Shown: positions 21,625 through 31,291 of the stretch, piece after piece
How positions within the stretch are numbered: position 1 is the first letter of the stretch
Layout of the letters: the number at the start of each line of letters is the position of its first letter
DNA from: Desulfobacteraceae bacterium UBA5852
Lineage (GTDB): Bacteria > Desulfobacterota > Desulfobacteria > Desulfobacterales > UBA5852
NCBI GenBank assembly: GCA_002432195.1
Contig: DJGG01000132.1
Coordinates: 34,407-98,406, forward strand
Reading direction: 5' to 3'
Length of the DNA stretch: 64,000 bases
Notes under the pieces: generated by a model
The model's input: the letters and a program-made list of their open reading frames with translations, nothing else
What the model was told of the DNA's origin: nothing
Database searches by the model: none
Position numbers and translations under genes: made by a program

Positions 21625-23967
21625 TTAGCGGGCGTTGGCGTACTTCAGGGGTTGTTCGGCAATGGCGAGATAGATGAAACGATTTCCGGCCGTCTGTGCC
21701 CAACGGATTTTGAACCCGTTGGAAACGAAGTCTATGAAGTAGGTTCCGGAAGCTTCAGCCGCCGAATCATCTGCCATGAGAGTACGAGTTGTCGGGTTTT
21801 CGGAATTGCGCTTGCTGTCGACCATGTACCAACGCCCCGTGGCACTGGCCGCCTTGTAGAGGAGAAATGCGGGTCGAAAACCGCAGTAGTTGAAAGGCCC
21901 GTCGGCGTTGGCGATGCTATCCCAGTAGCCGACTTTAACGAGGTTGGGGGTTGACCTAAATAGGTAGGACATAAACACATCTCCTGCAGCCCCACGTGCG
22001 TTTGTAAACACTGAGGCGGTAGGTGGCGTGTTGTTCCACCCGGCGGTAGCAATCTTCGCATCGTTCGTGTTGAGTTTGAGGTGGTAGTCCCAGGGCAAGG
22101 CGGCCGCGATAAATTCGCATCCGACAAACCAATCTTGGGTTCCACCAGCAATCCGCTTGAGGATGATTAACTCCGGGGCCGCACCGAGGTTATGGTTTAC
22201 GGTTTCCACCCCTGCGGTGGCCCTGGTGAATTTGATGGCCTGCGCCCCATGCTGCGGTAGCATGGAAAATAGCCAGTCGATGTAGGTCGAGCCATTAACG
22301 CCCAACTCTAGGCCAGCTCCGTTAACGATGGAGACGCCATCCGGATTGAATGAAGTGACACCCTCGCTCGGATACCCCGTACCGTCTTCATTGACACTCG
22401 TGGTCATCAGGTAGCGGCCCACACCACGCTCTGCGTCAAAGATGAAAGGGTGACCTGCCAGGTCCCGGCGCTTCAGCCACGCCATCCGTGGGGCCATCAG
22501 TAGGTTGGAATGGGAGAAGGAGCCCCCGTTACCGGTTCTGGGAATCGCGATGAATGCCCTTTCGCAATCCTGTATGGCAGGCTCAGGCATTAGGGAGGTA
22601 CATAGAGGCTGGGCGTCGGAAACCGGGTAGCTGAACGCCACCGACCCATTGTTGATGGTCAAGTTGTCCCGCTTGCTGTCCGCGACCATACCAAAGGCGA
22701 ACCAATAAGGTACGCCGGTCGGGAGTGTGGCGGCCACCCCTTGAGATACCCCGTTCTTGAAGAATTCAAGCTGTCCGGTGTCCGCGTCGAATACCACGCC
22801 GATGATGTTGTTCTGCCCCCAGGTGGCCCCGTAGGTCTCACTGGTGCCGTTGTTGAAGAACGTACCTAAGCGGCTATAGTAGGCCCACGCCCCGGCAGTG
22901 GTGAGCGAAGACAGGCAGCGGTGGCTATCGTTAATCACTCCAACGAGGTCGTAAGGCGGCGTATAGAGATCGAGGAGGGGCTTGATTTCGATTTGCCATT
23001 TCCCGGTGGTGGGGATGGGCAAGTCTAACGCTCTGGTGCCGTGGTCGGTGTTGGTGCCGGCAAACCTTGTTCCAGCATCGGCTACGGAGCTCGTTGCGGG
23101 GCGAAGAGAGTCAAGAATGGCGAATCGGTTGGTTGGCGTGTCCTTTGTCTGAACCGGAGAATTGCCCGGGGCGAAGTTCCCGATCCCGGCGCTGTCGTGA
23201 CCCAGGGTTCCGGCCTGATCGTACTTCAGATGAAATCCCCCTACCCCGTATGGCCCGGCGTAGCTCTTGGGAACCCATAGGTTGCCTTTGAATTCTCCGA
23301 ATGAGCTTGGCTCTATCGCCGCCCCGGTGACGAGGATAGTATCCGCAAGGTATCCGTCGAAATAGTGAGTGGAGGCGTCGAAGCTTCCGACATAAGGTAC
23401 TGAACCCGCGTAGGAAACCGTGCTCCCGTAACTCAGGCTCGGATAGGTGGGGGTTCCGTTGAGGGATTGCCGCACCCCGTTGATGTAGAAGCGCAGGCGA
23501 TCAGCCTGGGTGGCATTCGGAGAGTCGTAGATGACCTCCACGTCGTACCAACCAGAGTCCCGCAGCAGATGGACCGTATCAGCCAGGGCTGCCGTGGTGC
23601 CGCCGTTGTTGAAGTAGAGGCTTAGGCGGTCCTGATAAATGCGGATGTTCAGGTAAATGTTGCTTGCCAGATAGGCATTGAACAGGGTGTAGGAGGCAGT
23701 GCCGCTATCCGGTTTCCCGCGGCGCAGCATGGTGCGGAAAGTGAACTGGGTGTTACCGCTGGTGGACCCCCAGGCCGCTCGGTTTAGATATTGGTTAGTG
23801 TGCAGCCGGATGGAATAGGGAATCTCGTAGCGGTAGAGCTTACCACCACGGAAGGACAGGGATTTTCCCAGCAGGACGGGCTGAAAGGCCTGGGCTGCAG
23901 CTGCCGCCAGGATAGCGACGGTCAAGGCCAGAAGGACGATAGCATGCGGCTTGCGCATGGAGGCCAC
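21625..23967 (-). CDS. Tail fibre/receptor-binding candidate with LamG-like and SPRY-like jelly-roll regions and N-terminal signal-like peptide
   Basis: 780 aa. N-terminus MRKPHAIVLLALTVAILAAAAAQA. LamG-like stretch YDVEVIYDSPNATQADRLRFYINGVRQ. SPRY-like stretch GKWQIEIK...IIGVVFDADTGQLEFFKNGVSQGVA...PYWFAFG. Confidence 0.7.
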   Translation of the reverse strand: MASMRKPHAIVLLALTVAILAAAAAQAFQPVLLGKSLSFRGGKLYRYEIPYSIRLHTNQYLNRAAWGSTSGNTQFTFRTMLRRGKPDSGTASYTLFNAYLASNIYLNIRIYQDRLSLYFNNGGTTAALADTVHLLRDSGWYDVEVIYDSPNATQADRLRFYINGVRQSLNGTPTYPSLSYGSTVSYAGSVPYVGSFDASTHYFDGYLADTILVTGAAIEPSSFGEFKGNLWVPKSYAGPYGVGGFHLKYDQAGTLGHDSAGIGNFAPGNSPVQTKDTPTNRFAILDSLRPATSSVADAGTRFAGTNTDHGTRALDLPIPTTGKWQIEIKPLLDLYTPPYDLVGVINDSHRCLSSLTTAGAWAYYSRLGTFFNNGTSETYGATWGQNNIIGVVFDADTGQLEFFKNGVSQGVAATLPTGVPYWFAFGMVADSKRDNLTINNGSVAFSYPVSDAQPLCTSLMPEPAIQDCERAFIAIPRTGNGGSFSHSNLLMAPRMAWLKRRDLAGHPFIFDAERGVGRYLMTTSVNEDGTGYPSEGVTSFNPDGVSIVNGAGLELGVNGSTYIDWLFSMLPQHGAQAIKFTRATAGVETVNHNLGAAPELIILKRIAGGTQDWFVGCEFIAAALPWDYHLKLNTNDAKIATAGWNNTPPTASVFTNARGAAGDVFMSYLFRSTPNLVKVGYWDSIANADGPFNYCGFRPAFLLYKAASATGRWYMVDSKRNSENPTTRTLMADDSAAEASGTYFIDFVSNGFKIRWAQTAGNRFIYLAIAEQPLKYANAR

Positions 23968-23970
23968 TCC

Positions 23971-24954
23971 TTACCAGGCGGTGAAATTCGCCTTGCCGTT
24001 GAATGGGTACTGAACGAGAACGCCGAACAGCAGTGCGTCGCCGGCGGTGTAGGTGTCGGCGGTGCCGCCAACGTTTCGCGAAACCTGCAGATGCACCAGG
24101 GCCTCGTTGGTGGCGCTGGTGTAGGTGCCCGCGAAGGTCACCGCCGGGGTGGCGTCGGTGTAGTGCAGGACGGTATTCTCCCCGGCAAGCAGGGTGTCGG
24201 CCACCACCTGGGAAGTCCCCGGGGCAACGTCCACGGCGCCGTTATCCGAAATGGCCGCGCCAGCCACCTCCCACTCCACCCCGTCGGACGTGCTCCCGTT
24301 GTCGTTGAAGGGCCTCCAGAGGAACTTGAACTTGATCGCCCCCCCGACCCGGGAGTCGTAGCCGGCGAGCACCACGTTGGCGAAGGCGTACTCCTCCACC
24401 GTCCCGTCGAAGGCCAGGTAGTCGAACATGCCCTTGTTCGTGGTGGTCTCCACGCTTCCCGTGGCCGGCCCTGCTGTGGTCTGCGGGGTGAAGGCGCTGG
24501 CCGGGATGAACAGGGCGCGGTAAAGCTCGTCGCTGTATTTCTTCGCCGCCCGCTCAGTGATGAGCGCGGTTGGTGAGGCGCCAGCCAGGGTTTCATCGTC
24601 GGAAATATCGTTGACCTCGGCGCCGGTCTTCAGCTTCAGGGAATCGAATTGGATCTTCACCAGCAACCACCGGCCATTGCCCCCGTTCACGTCGGGAGCG
24701 ATGACGTACGGCACCGCCTCGACGCCGCCAATCGTGGAATTGTAGATGTAGAGGTAGGACCTCCCCTCAGCGAGAACCGAAACCCAACAGCGGTCCCCGT
24801 CGCTCAGGTTGGCCCCGTTGATGGCGTCCATGGCCCCGGCGGCCCCGCCATAGATGGCGTTGGCCCCGTAAGTGCGCGTGGCGCGGGCCGGCGCCGGCAA
24901 AAGGAAGGCCGCCGCCAGCAGGATCAACAAGAGGGTTGCGGAGAGCTTTTTCAT
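23971..24954 (-). CDS. Tail-module protein with signal-like N-terminus
   Basis: Only the last 327 codons of the listed 944-aa ORF look real. ATG 24954 overlaps the upstream stop (ATGA). N-terminus MKKLSATLLLILLAAAFLLPAPARA. The upstream 617 codons are R/G/P shadow of the 910-aa gene. Confidence 0.65.
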   Translation of the reverse strand: MKKLSATLLLILLAAAFLLPAPARATRTYGANAIYGGAAGAMDAINGANLSDGDRCWVSVLAEGRSYLYIYNSTIGGVEAVPYVIAPDVNGGNGRWLLVKIQFDSLKLKTGAEVNDISDDETLAGASPTALITERAAKKYSDELYRALFIPASAFTPQTTAGPATGSVETTTNKGMFDYLAFDGTVEEYAFANVVLAGYDSRVGGAIKFKFLWRPFNDNGSTSDGVEWEVAGAAISDNGAVDVAPGTSQVVADTLLAGENTVLHYTDATPAVTFAGTYTSATNEALVHLQVSRNVGGTADTYTAGDALLFGVLVQYPFNGKANFTAW

Positions 24955-27683
24955 TTCGTTGTTCCTTGGTCGTCGCGCACGCGGTTGAACTTGATGGACC
25001 AGCCGATGGGCTGGAAGCCCCGCTCGGTGGTGGTCGTGGAAACCTGGAAGCCGAACCCGTGACTCCAGGCCACGAGGTTCAGGGGAGAGGTGGTGCGCAC
25101 CAGCCGGGTCAGGCTGCTGCCGGCGCTTAAGTCCACGGTGGCGAGTTGCTCGGTCACCCACTGGTGGTCGGGCGTGTCCCACCACTGGTGAGCGGCGTCG
25201 CTGATCCACTGGTGATCGACGCCGGACCCGGCGGCCGTGTCCTTGAAGTAGGTCATGGCCAGGGTGTGGGCTTCGGGGATACGGCGGGAGACGATCTTGA
25301 TTTCGCGGATGATGGTCTGGTCGGCGATGCTGCCGGTGGGGAAGATATCGCCGGTCACCACCACCTGGTCCATGGGGGTGCCGTTCCAGCTGGTGCCGTC
25401 CTCCAGCTGGGCGATGTGCCCGGTTTCGAGACCGGCATAAACCCGGTGGGCCCCGGACGGCTCCTTGACCAGCCACCCGACCTGCGGCATGGGAGCGGCC
25501 CCGGTGGACCGCTCGTACCACTTCTGGAGCTCGACGTTGAAGGCCAGCCAGGTGTTGTTCCTGACGGCCGCGCTGCCGGAAGGGAAGACGATGTTCCACT
25601 CCCGGTAAACCGGGTCGTACCAGCCGGCCGCCAGGTGGATCAGGTCGGCGTTGATGGCCTCGCTGTTGGCCGGGTCGAAGTAGTTCTCGATGCCCGGTAT
25701 CCGGGTCAGTGTGGCCCCGTCGTAGCGGTAGGGCCCGGACGAGTCGAGGAACATCACCACCTTGCGCTCGACATCCTGGCCCACCATGAAGCCGTCCAGC
25801 ACCACCATGGTTTTCGGCGCGGGGCAGCCCACGGAATCCGAAACCGTGTCTATGGAGAAGACCTCGGACAGGTCGTTGGTGGATCCCCGGGGCGCCGAGC
25901 CCTTCAGCTGGAAGCAGCGGGAACGGGAGGTTGCGAAAAAGATCTCGAAGACGTTGGAGCCATATCGATTGTAGAGGGTGACGCCGTTGGTCAGCGGCTC
26001 GTTCTCGCTGCCGAAGTAGAGGGGGCCCGTGGTGGGGCCGCGGGAGGACTCGCTGCCGTTCCAAACATCCGGGGCGTTGGTGGCCGTGAAGTCCACCCGA
26101 TTGCCGGCGTTTTCGCTCGGGACCCCGCAACCCAGGACCCGGCCCTTGTAGGACCGGAGGAACTTGAAGGCCGGCACCCGCTCCTGGGCGGGTCGGCCCC
26201 GCACCAGGTCGATGACCAGCTCCTTGGCGCCGCCGGCCGTCCCGGACAGGTTGCCGCCCGTCCAGAAGACCTTGTACGCGAAGCCTGGCGTGCCGAAGAT
26301 GGCCCCGTACTCGACGTGCTGGGCCTCCTCGGTCACCGCCGGGGGCGTCCAGCTCACCAGACCTGAGCGGTTGAGGGCGATGTTGCCCGACTTGGTGCCG
26401 TCCACCGGGTTGGAGACGTTCACCCAGGCCCCGGACCTCGACCAATACTGAACGGTGACCGTGGTGTTGCCCGTGGTGTTGACCAGGTTGCCGACCATCG
26501 TGAGCCGAAGCGCGCTCAGGCGTTCCTGGCTCATCACCACCATGAACTCGGTCGTGGCCACCAGGCCGTCCAGCACCGCGCCGATGGGGTAATCGACGCC
26601 GGACGGTTCGTTGGCGTTGAGGGTGTAGTCCTCCCACTTGCCTGATCGGGACACCTGCACCTGGGTCAACTGGCGGTCGGCGCCGTCCCAGGCGTTCTGC
26701 AGAGGCTGGGGCGGCGCCCGGCTGGTGACCTGGCCCAGGATTGCGGTGGTCCCGGCGGTCCACTCCAGCAGGTAGGCGGCGCTGTAAAAATCTTCGAAGT
26801 GGCACGGGGCCACCAGGCCGACGGTGGAGTCGAAGGAGATGGTGCCGCTCTGGGCCAGGGCCTTGCCGTCCAGGCTGGTCCTGTCGGATAGCCCCGTCAC
26901 GGCGGCCCAGGCGGTGCCGGTCCAGTATTTGACGGCCACCGTGGAGGCCGTGGAATTGGCCGACGTTACCGTGAAGTGCAGCGCGTCCAGCGCCCGGGGC
27001 ACGAAGACCAGGGCGAACCGCTTGGTTCCGATGGGGATGGTCTCGCTGGGCGTGGAGAGGGTGGATTGAGCCTGGTCACCGAACCACACTGCGCCCGCGA
27101 GGGTTGCGTCGTTGACCAGGTAGAACCCGCCCACGGGCATGATCTCGCCCGAGTAGATGATCGACTCGTCGCCGTTGGCGTAGCCTATGGCTCCCCGGGG
27201 AAGCTCCGCGAGGGATCCGGTCAGCCCCGGGACGCTGTCGGTATGGATGGGGGTAGCTTCGAAGGGTCCGTCGTCGGGCACCTCGGTCTTGTTGAGGAAG
27301 ACGCGGCCCTGGCCCGTGGCGGGGTCCACGGCCCACACCAGGATGTGGCTCTGGCCGTCCTTGCGGAGCTGGATCCCGTCGCGGATGTCGGTGTAGGTGG
27401 CGAGCGGCGCGGTGGTCGCCAGGGTGTAGCCGTTGGTGCCCTCGATGGTTTCGCGGATGGGCCGCAGGTTGCGCAGGGTGCGGAAGTTCTCCGCGCCGAG
27501 CCGGCTCGGGTCGATGGAGGGCATCCACTTCCCCGAAAACGTAAAATCCTTCCGCTGAGGCTCCTGGTCGGGGACTTCCATCACCCGGATTGGCTGTGGC
27601 ACGGCATAGAGCCCGGCAGACCCCGCCAGGACCAGCAGGGCGATCAGCGCAACCAGCCAGCGGCACCGAACGGTGGCCATCAC
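24951..27683 (-). CDS. Large tail (nozzle/tubular-B-like by size and position) protein with hydrophobic N-terminus
   Basis: 910 aa, beta-rich. N-terminus RCRWLVALIALLVLAGSAGLYA. Follows a 239-aa protein, as T7 gp12 follows gp11. Function is assigned by synteny only. Confidence 0.7.
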   Translation of the reverse strand: MMATVRCRWLVALIALLVLAGSAGLYAVPQPIRVMEVPDQEPQRKDFTFSGKWMPSIDPSRLGAENFRTLRNLRPIRETIEGTNGYTLATTAPLATYTDIRDGIQLRKDGQSHILVWAVDPATGQGRVFLNKTEVPDDGPFEATPIHTDSVPGLTGSLAELPRGAIGYANGDESIIYSGEIMPVGGFYLVNDATLAGAVWFGDQAQSTLSTPSETIPIGTKRFALVFVPRALDALHFTVTSANSTASTVAVKYWTGTAWAAVTGLSDRTSLDGKALAQSGTISFDSTVGLVAPCHFEDFYSAAYLLEWTAGTTAILGQVTSRAPPQPLQNAWDGADRQLTQVQVSRSGKWEDYTLNANEPSGVDYPIGAVLDGLVATTEFMVVMSQERLSALRLTMVGNLVNTTGNTTVTVQYWSRSGAWVNVSNPVDGTKSGNIALNRSGLVSWTPPAVTEEAQHVEYGAIFGTPGFAYKVFWTGGNLSGTAGGAKELVIDLVRGRPAQERVPAFKFLRSYKGRVLGCGVPSENAGNRVDFTATNAPDVWNGSESSRGPTTGPLYFGSENEPLTNGVTLYNRYGSNVFEIFFATSRSRCFQLKGSAPRGSTNDLSEVFSIDTVSDSVGCPAPKTMVVLDGFMVGQDVERKVVMFLDSSGPYRYDGATLTRIPGIENYFDPANSEAINADLIHLAAGWYDPVYREWNIVFPSGSAAVRNNTWLAFNVELQKWYERSTGAAPMPQVGWLVKEPSGAHRVYAGLETGHIAQLEDGTSWNGTPMDQVVVTGDIFPTGSIADQTIIREIKIVSRRIPEAHTLAMTYFKDTAAGSGVDHQWISDAAHQWWDTPDHQWVTEQLATVDLSAGSSLTRLVRTTSPLNLVAWSHGFGFQVSTTTTERGFQPIGWSIKFNRVRDDQGTTK

Positions 27684-28399
27684 TTGACCTCCCGGTTGCC
27701 GGAAAGCGGCTCCACCAGCTCGGCCCGCATGTTGGTTGCCACCTGGTAGAACAGGGTCAGAAAGGAGGCCGCCCGGGCGCTCTGCTTATCTTTGTAGAGG
27801 GCCTGGGACAGGACGTAGTAGCGGAGGGCCTGCTCGTAGATCGCGGGAACGGGCAAGGTGGCGTTGGTGTCGGCCGCCGCGGTGGCGGGCAGGGCCAGCA
27901 TGACGGTGAGCTTCTCAGTGGTGCCGGCGGCCGGCAGGGGGTAGACGCCCAGCTGGTGCTTGAAGGTGAACCACCCCACCACGCGCTTGCCCTTCAGCAG
28001 GTCCTCCTGGCTCGCGCCGATGGACGCCGGACTGCCCTTCAAGAGCCCCCGGGGGTTCCCGCCGGTCGCATCCATGAGCACCACGGCCACCACCGCCAGG
28101 TAGTTTGCCGGCAGGGCATAGAAAATCTGGCCGGCGGCCAGGTTGATCGTCACAAGGTCCTCGAAGCAGTGGGCCACGGTGGCGAGTTCGGCAGCCCCGG
28201 CGTTGGTCCAGCGCAGGAGCTCGTCGTCGCCGAAGAAATAGTTTTCGGAGTCCTTGTCGTTCAGGAGGTCGCGCAGCTCCGTGATAAAGTTGGCGACCGT
28301 CTTGGTGCTCATGGTCTGGCTGGATGCGGCCGCATTGCCGGCGCACAGCACCAGCAATGCAACCAGCAGCCAGGCGTATCTGGAACGGCAATGCTTCAT
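27680..28399 (-). CDS. Tail-module protein (adaptor/tubular-A-like by position) with signal-like N-terminus
   Basis: 239 aa. N-terminus MKHCRSRYAWLLVALLVLCAGNAAASS. ATGA overlap with the next gene. Confidence 0.65.
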   Translation of the reverse strand: MKHCRSRYAWLLVALLVLCAGNAAASSQTMSTKTVANFITELRDLLNDKDSENYFFGDDELLRWTNAGAAELATVAHCFEDLVTINLAAGQIFYALPANYLAVVAVVLMDATGGNPRGLLKGSPASIGASQEDLLKGKRVVGWFTFKHQLGVYPLPAAGTTEKLTVMLALPATAAADTNATLPVPAIYEQALRYYVLSQALYKDKQSARAASFLTLFYQVATNMRAELVEPLSGNREVK

Positions 28400-28414
28400 G
28401 GCGCGGCCTCCCGG

Positions 28415-29272
28415 TCAGAAATCCCGAACGGGGGTGTGGGTGAAGGTGTCCATGTGTGGGCGGCCCAGGCTTTCCAGGTTCTGGATCAGGGTTTCCCACG
28501 CGGAGGCATAGAAGGCCTGGTTCTTCCGGTAGGGCTCCACCAGGCGGGCGTGGGTTTCGGGGTCGGGCGGCTGGCCCATTTGCATCACACAGAAGGCCAC
28601 CAGGCCGAAGTGGTGGTCTTCGTCCACGTCGGCCAGCGCGGAGAGCTTGCGCACGAAGTCGGCGGCCACGTCCCCCTCCAGGTTGGCGGGGTTGGTGAGC
28701 CGCAGGGCATTGCCCATCCATATGTAGTTCTGGCGGCTGTAACCCTTCAGGGCCTCCTCCTGCCGGGGATAGATGGGGTGGATCTCCACCATCTTGCTGT
28801 CGTCGTAGACGTGGCCCCCCGCGATGTAGCCGGCCTGGGGGGCGGTCAGCTCGAGCAGCCCGAACAGATTGCCGGGGTCTGGACCGTAGAGGGTCGCGGT
28901 GTAGCGGTTGCCGTCCGGAGCTCCCGTTACCGAGAGGCCGGAAGTGGTCACCAGGGCTCCCTCCCCCAGCCCGTGGTTCGCGGCACGCAGCCAGGCCTCC
29001 CCTTCCAGGATGGTCACGCTCTCGATGGGGATGGCGGCGGACCGAAGGTCGTAGGCGGCGAGGATCCGGCGGCTGTCAACCGGCGCCCCGAACACGCCCG
29101 CCCCGACCTTCGGCAGCAATGCCCGGCGCCGCAGCCGGTCGGGGCAATGCGTTTCGTAGAGCTTCCGCAGCTCCAACAGGGCCACCTTCAGCCCTTCGTC
29201 GATCTGCTCCGTGGGGTAGCTGGCATCCAGCACCCCCAGGCGCACCGCGTGATAGAAGTCGGCCATGTCCAT
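28415..29272 (-). CDS. Hypothetical head/tail-joining module protein
   Basis: 285 aa, GC3-rich frame, no motif recognised. Confidence 0.65.
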   Translation of the reverse strand: MDMADFYHAVRLGVLDASYPTEQIDEGLKVALLELRKLYETHCPDRLRRRALLPKVGAGVFGAPVDSRRILAAYDLRSAAIPIESVTILEGEAWLRAANHGLGEGALVTTSGLSVTGAPDGNRYTATLYGPDPGNLFGLLELTAPQAGYIAGGHVYDDSKMVEIHPIYPRQEEALKGYSRQNYIWMGNALRLTNPANLEGDVAADFVRKLSALADVDEDHHFGLVAFCVMQMGQPPDPETHARLVEPYRKNQAFYASAWETLIQNLESLGRPHMDTFTHTPVRDF

Positions 29273-29276
29273 GGGA

Positions 29277-30623
29277 TCACTCCCCCGGGTAGAGGCTCAT
29301 GCGGTCCTTGCGGGCCTTCATCACCAGGTTCCACTTCTCCCGGGCGGCCTCGCGGACCTCGGCCGGCGCCGAATTGATGATCTCCAGATTTTGATGCAGG
29401 AAGCCGGGCCTGAAGACGTTCCTTCGCGGGGGCTCGGAGTTGGCCGACCCCGGCGGTCGGCTGGCGGCCCGATCGATGACGCTCACGGTCACCCCGGCGA
29501 AGGCGTCGCCGTCCATGGCGCGGATCTGCTCGATCATGCCTTGCCAGAAGACGGCAACCGACTCGGTGCCGGCGAAAGCGAGGTGGTAGGCCTTGCGCTC
29601 GGCCTCGGTGGCCACTGTTCCCTTCGGGCAGTAGATCCGGAAGCTGCCCGGCTGGGAAAGCAGGTAGTTCCGCATGCCACGGTCGGCCACCTGGCAGACG
29701 TAGTGCCCGCGTAAGTTCCTCGTGAAGGTGAAGGGCCGGTTCTTGATGTGGATGGTCGTGGGCCCGTCCCGCTCGATGGTGCATTCCAGAACGGTCGGGT
29801 CGAAGCGGTATACCTCCAGCTCGGGCGGCGGGGGCTGGTCGAAGCGCCGGGGGCGCTGCCGGTTGGGGTCTTTCGGAGCGCCGTGGTCCACCTCGGGCGG
29901 CGGCGGGTCGGCGGCGGCCCGCAGGGCTTCCCGTGCAGCGACGGCCCGGGCGGCCTCCTCGGCCTCGGCCTTCCGCTTCGCTTCCTCCAGATCCTCTCGC
30001 ACCATCCGACACATGCCCTGCAGCCCGTCGGCCAGGTCCATGGTGGTGGGGTAGATCGGAATCTCGTCGGCCTCCAGCATGGAGAGGATCGGGCCGAAGG
30101 TGGCCACGTCGTCGTCGTGGAACCGCCCGGTCGAATCGTCCTCCAGCATGACGAAGGCGAACCTGTCGTCGCGCGCCTTGGCCAGACGGGCGGCCACGGC
30201 GGCCACGGTGAGAGCCTGGGCGGCGATGGCCGGGGAGAAGACCAGGATGGCCATGTCGCCCTCGCGCTCCAGGCTGCCGTCCGTCATGGAAACGGGCCGG
30301 ATGTCCAGCCGGATGGCCTCGGGGTGCTCGTCGGGCTTCAGAGCCTGGCGGATGCTGGCCAGGATTTCGGGGCTGTTCGATCCCCCGACCACAAGAATCA
30401 GCTGACCTTCGGGGGGTGGCGCGGGCTCGGCGGCAGGCTGCGGAGGGACTGCCTCCTGGGCCGGCGCCGGCGGCGTTTCAGCGGGAGGCGCGGGCTCGCC
30501 GATGTGGGCGACGGTCTCTCCGGTTTCGACGTTCACCAGGAAAGCCTCACTCGCAGTGGGAACGGTCGGGGCGTCGGTGGCAGGTGGGGTCGTCTCCATC
30601 TTCTTCCGTCTGCGCGGTGGCAT
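29277..30623 (-). CDS. Hypothetical structural-module protein
   Basis: 448 aa. Pro-rich N-terminus, an alternating beta-alpha stretch (QLILVVGGSNSPEILASIRQAL...MAILVFSPAIAAQAL), then a charged helix and a C-terminal globular part. Confidence 0.65.
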   Translation of the reverse strand: MPPRRRKKMETTPPATDAPTVPTASEAFLVNVETGETVAHIGEPAPPAETPPAPAQEAVPPQPAAEPAPPPEGQLILVVGGSNSPEILASIRQALKPDEHPEAIRLDIRPVSMTDGSLEREGDMAILVFSPAIAAQALTVAAVAARLAKARDDRFAFVMLEDDSTGRFHDDDVATFGPILSMLEADEIPIYPTTMDLADGLQGMCRMVREDLEEAKRKAEAEEAARAVAAREALRAAADPPPPEVDHGAPKDPNRQRPRRFDQPPPPELEVYRFDPTVLECTIERDGPTTIHIKNRPFTFTRNLRGHYVCQVADRGMRNYLLSQPGSFRIYCPKGTVATEAERKAYHLAFAGTESVAVFWQGMIEQIRAMDGDAFAGVTVSVIDRAASRPPGSANSEPPRRNVFRPGFLHQNLEIINSAPAEVREAAREKWNLVMKARKDRMSLYPGE

Positions 30624-30699
30624 GGTCTGCTCCTTGATCTGAAGGGGCCCCCATTCGGAGGCCCCCCGGGCAAAGGGTTGGTCTACCGGCCACCAGGGC

Positions 30700-31197
30700 T
30701 CACAGGCCGAAGGCGGTCGGGCGGTACTGGCAGGTGATGAAGACGGCTCCGGAGGCTGCCACGTTGGCCGCGACTGTCACCTTGGCCGCGATGACGATGG
30801 GCTGGTGAATCTGCGGGGCGTTGGCCTGCTGGCGCCAGGTGGCCGCCTTGAAAAACATGTCGGGGACGTCGGCCCGCTGCATCCCGGGAACGCCGATCAC
30901 CTTGCCGGTGAAGCAATTCGACCCGGCGATGAGGTCGGTTTCCAGGGTGTTGAGCACGCCGACGCTGACGGCGAGGACGCTCGTGCCGGAATCCAGTTCC
31001 TCGTTGTAGAAGTGGAGGTCCACCGGCAGGGTTTCGGGGGGCAGAACGATCAGCCCCCACAGCTGGCCGGCGGCCACGTTCGCGGTGCCCACCGCCAGGG
31101 TGGCCTGAGCGACCATGTGCTCCCCGCCGGAGTAGGGGCTGGCGGGCGGGCGGGTTTTGCGGTTGGCAACTTGGTCGGACATGATGTTCATGGGCAT
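30700..31197 (-). CDS. Hypothetical capsid-associated protein (decoration candidate)
   Basis: 165 aa immediately downstream of the major capsid gene. Beta-rich composition. Function by position only. Confidence 0.6.
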   Translation of the reverse strand: MPMNIMSDQVANRKTRPPASPYSGGEHMVAQATLAVGTANVAAGQLWGLIVLPPETLPVDLHFYNEELDSGTSVLAVSVGVLNTLETDLIAGSNCFTGKVIGVPGMQRADVPDMFFKAATWRQQANAPQIHQPIVIAAKVTVAANVAASGAVFITCQYRPTAFGL

Positions 31198-31291
31198 GGG
31201 AGTGTCCTTTCTCTAAGCGGTTTCCCGGGCCCGGCTCACGGGCCCGGGGATTTCGGTCGATCAGGGTTTCAGCGGCGCGCCCGTCACCCCG

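Noticed and set aside
24955-26805. N-terminal 617 codons of the listed 944-aa ORF (23971-26805).
   Set aside because: It is an R/G/P/H-rich shadow of the 910-aa gene in another frame. A clean start (ATG 24954, ATGA overlap, signal-like peptide) defines the real 327-aa gene.
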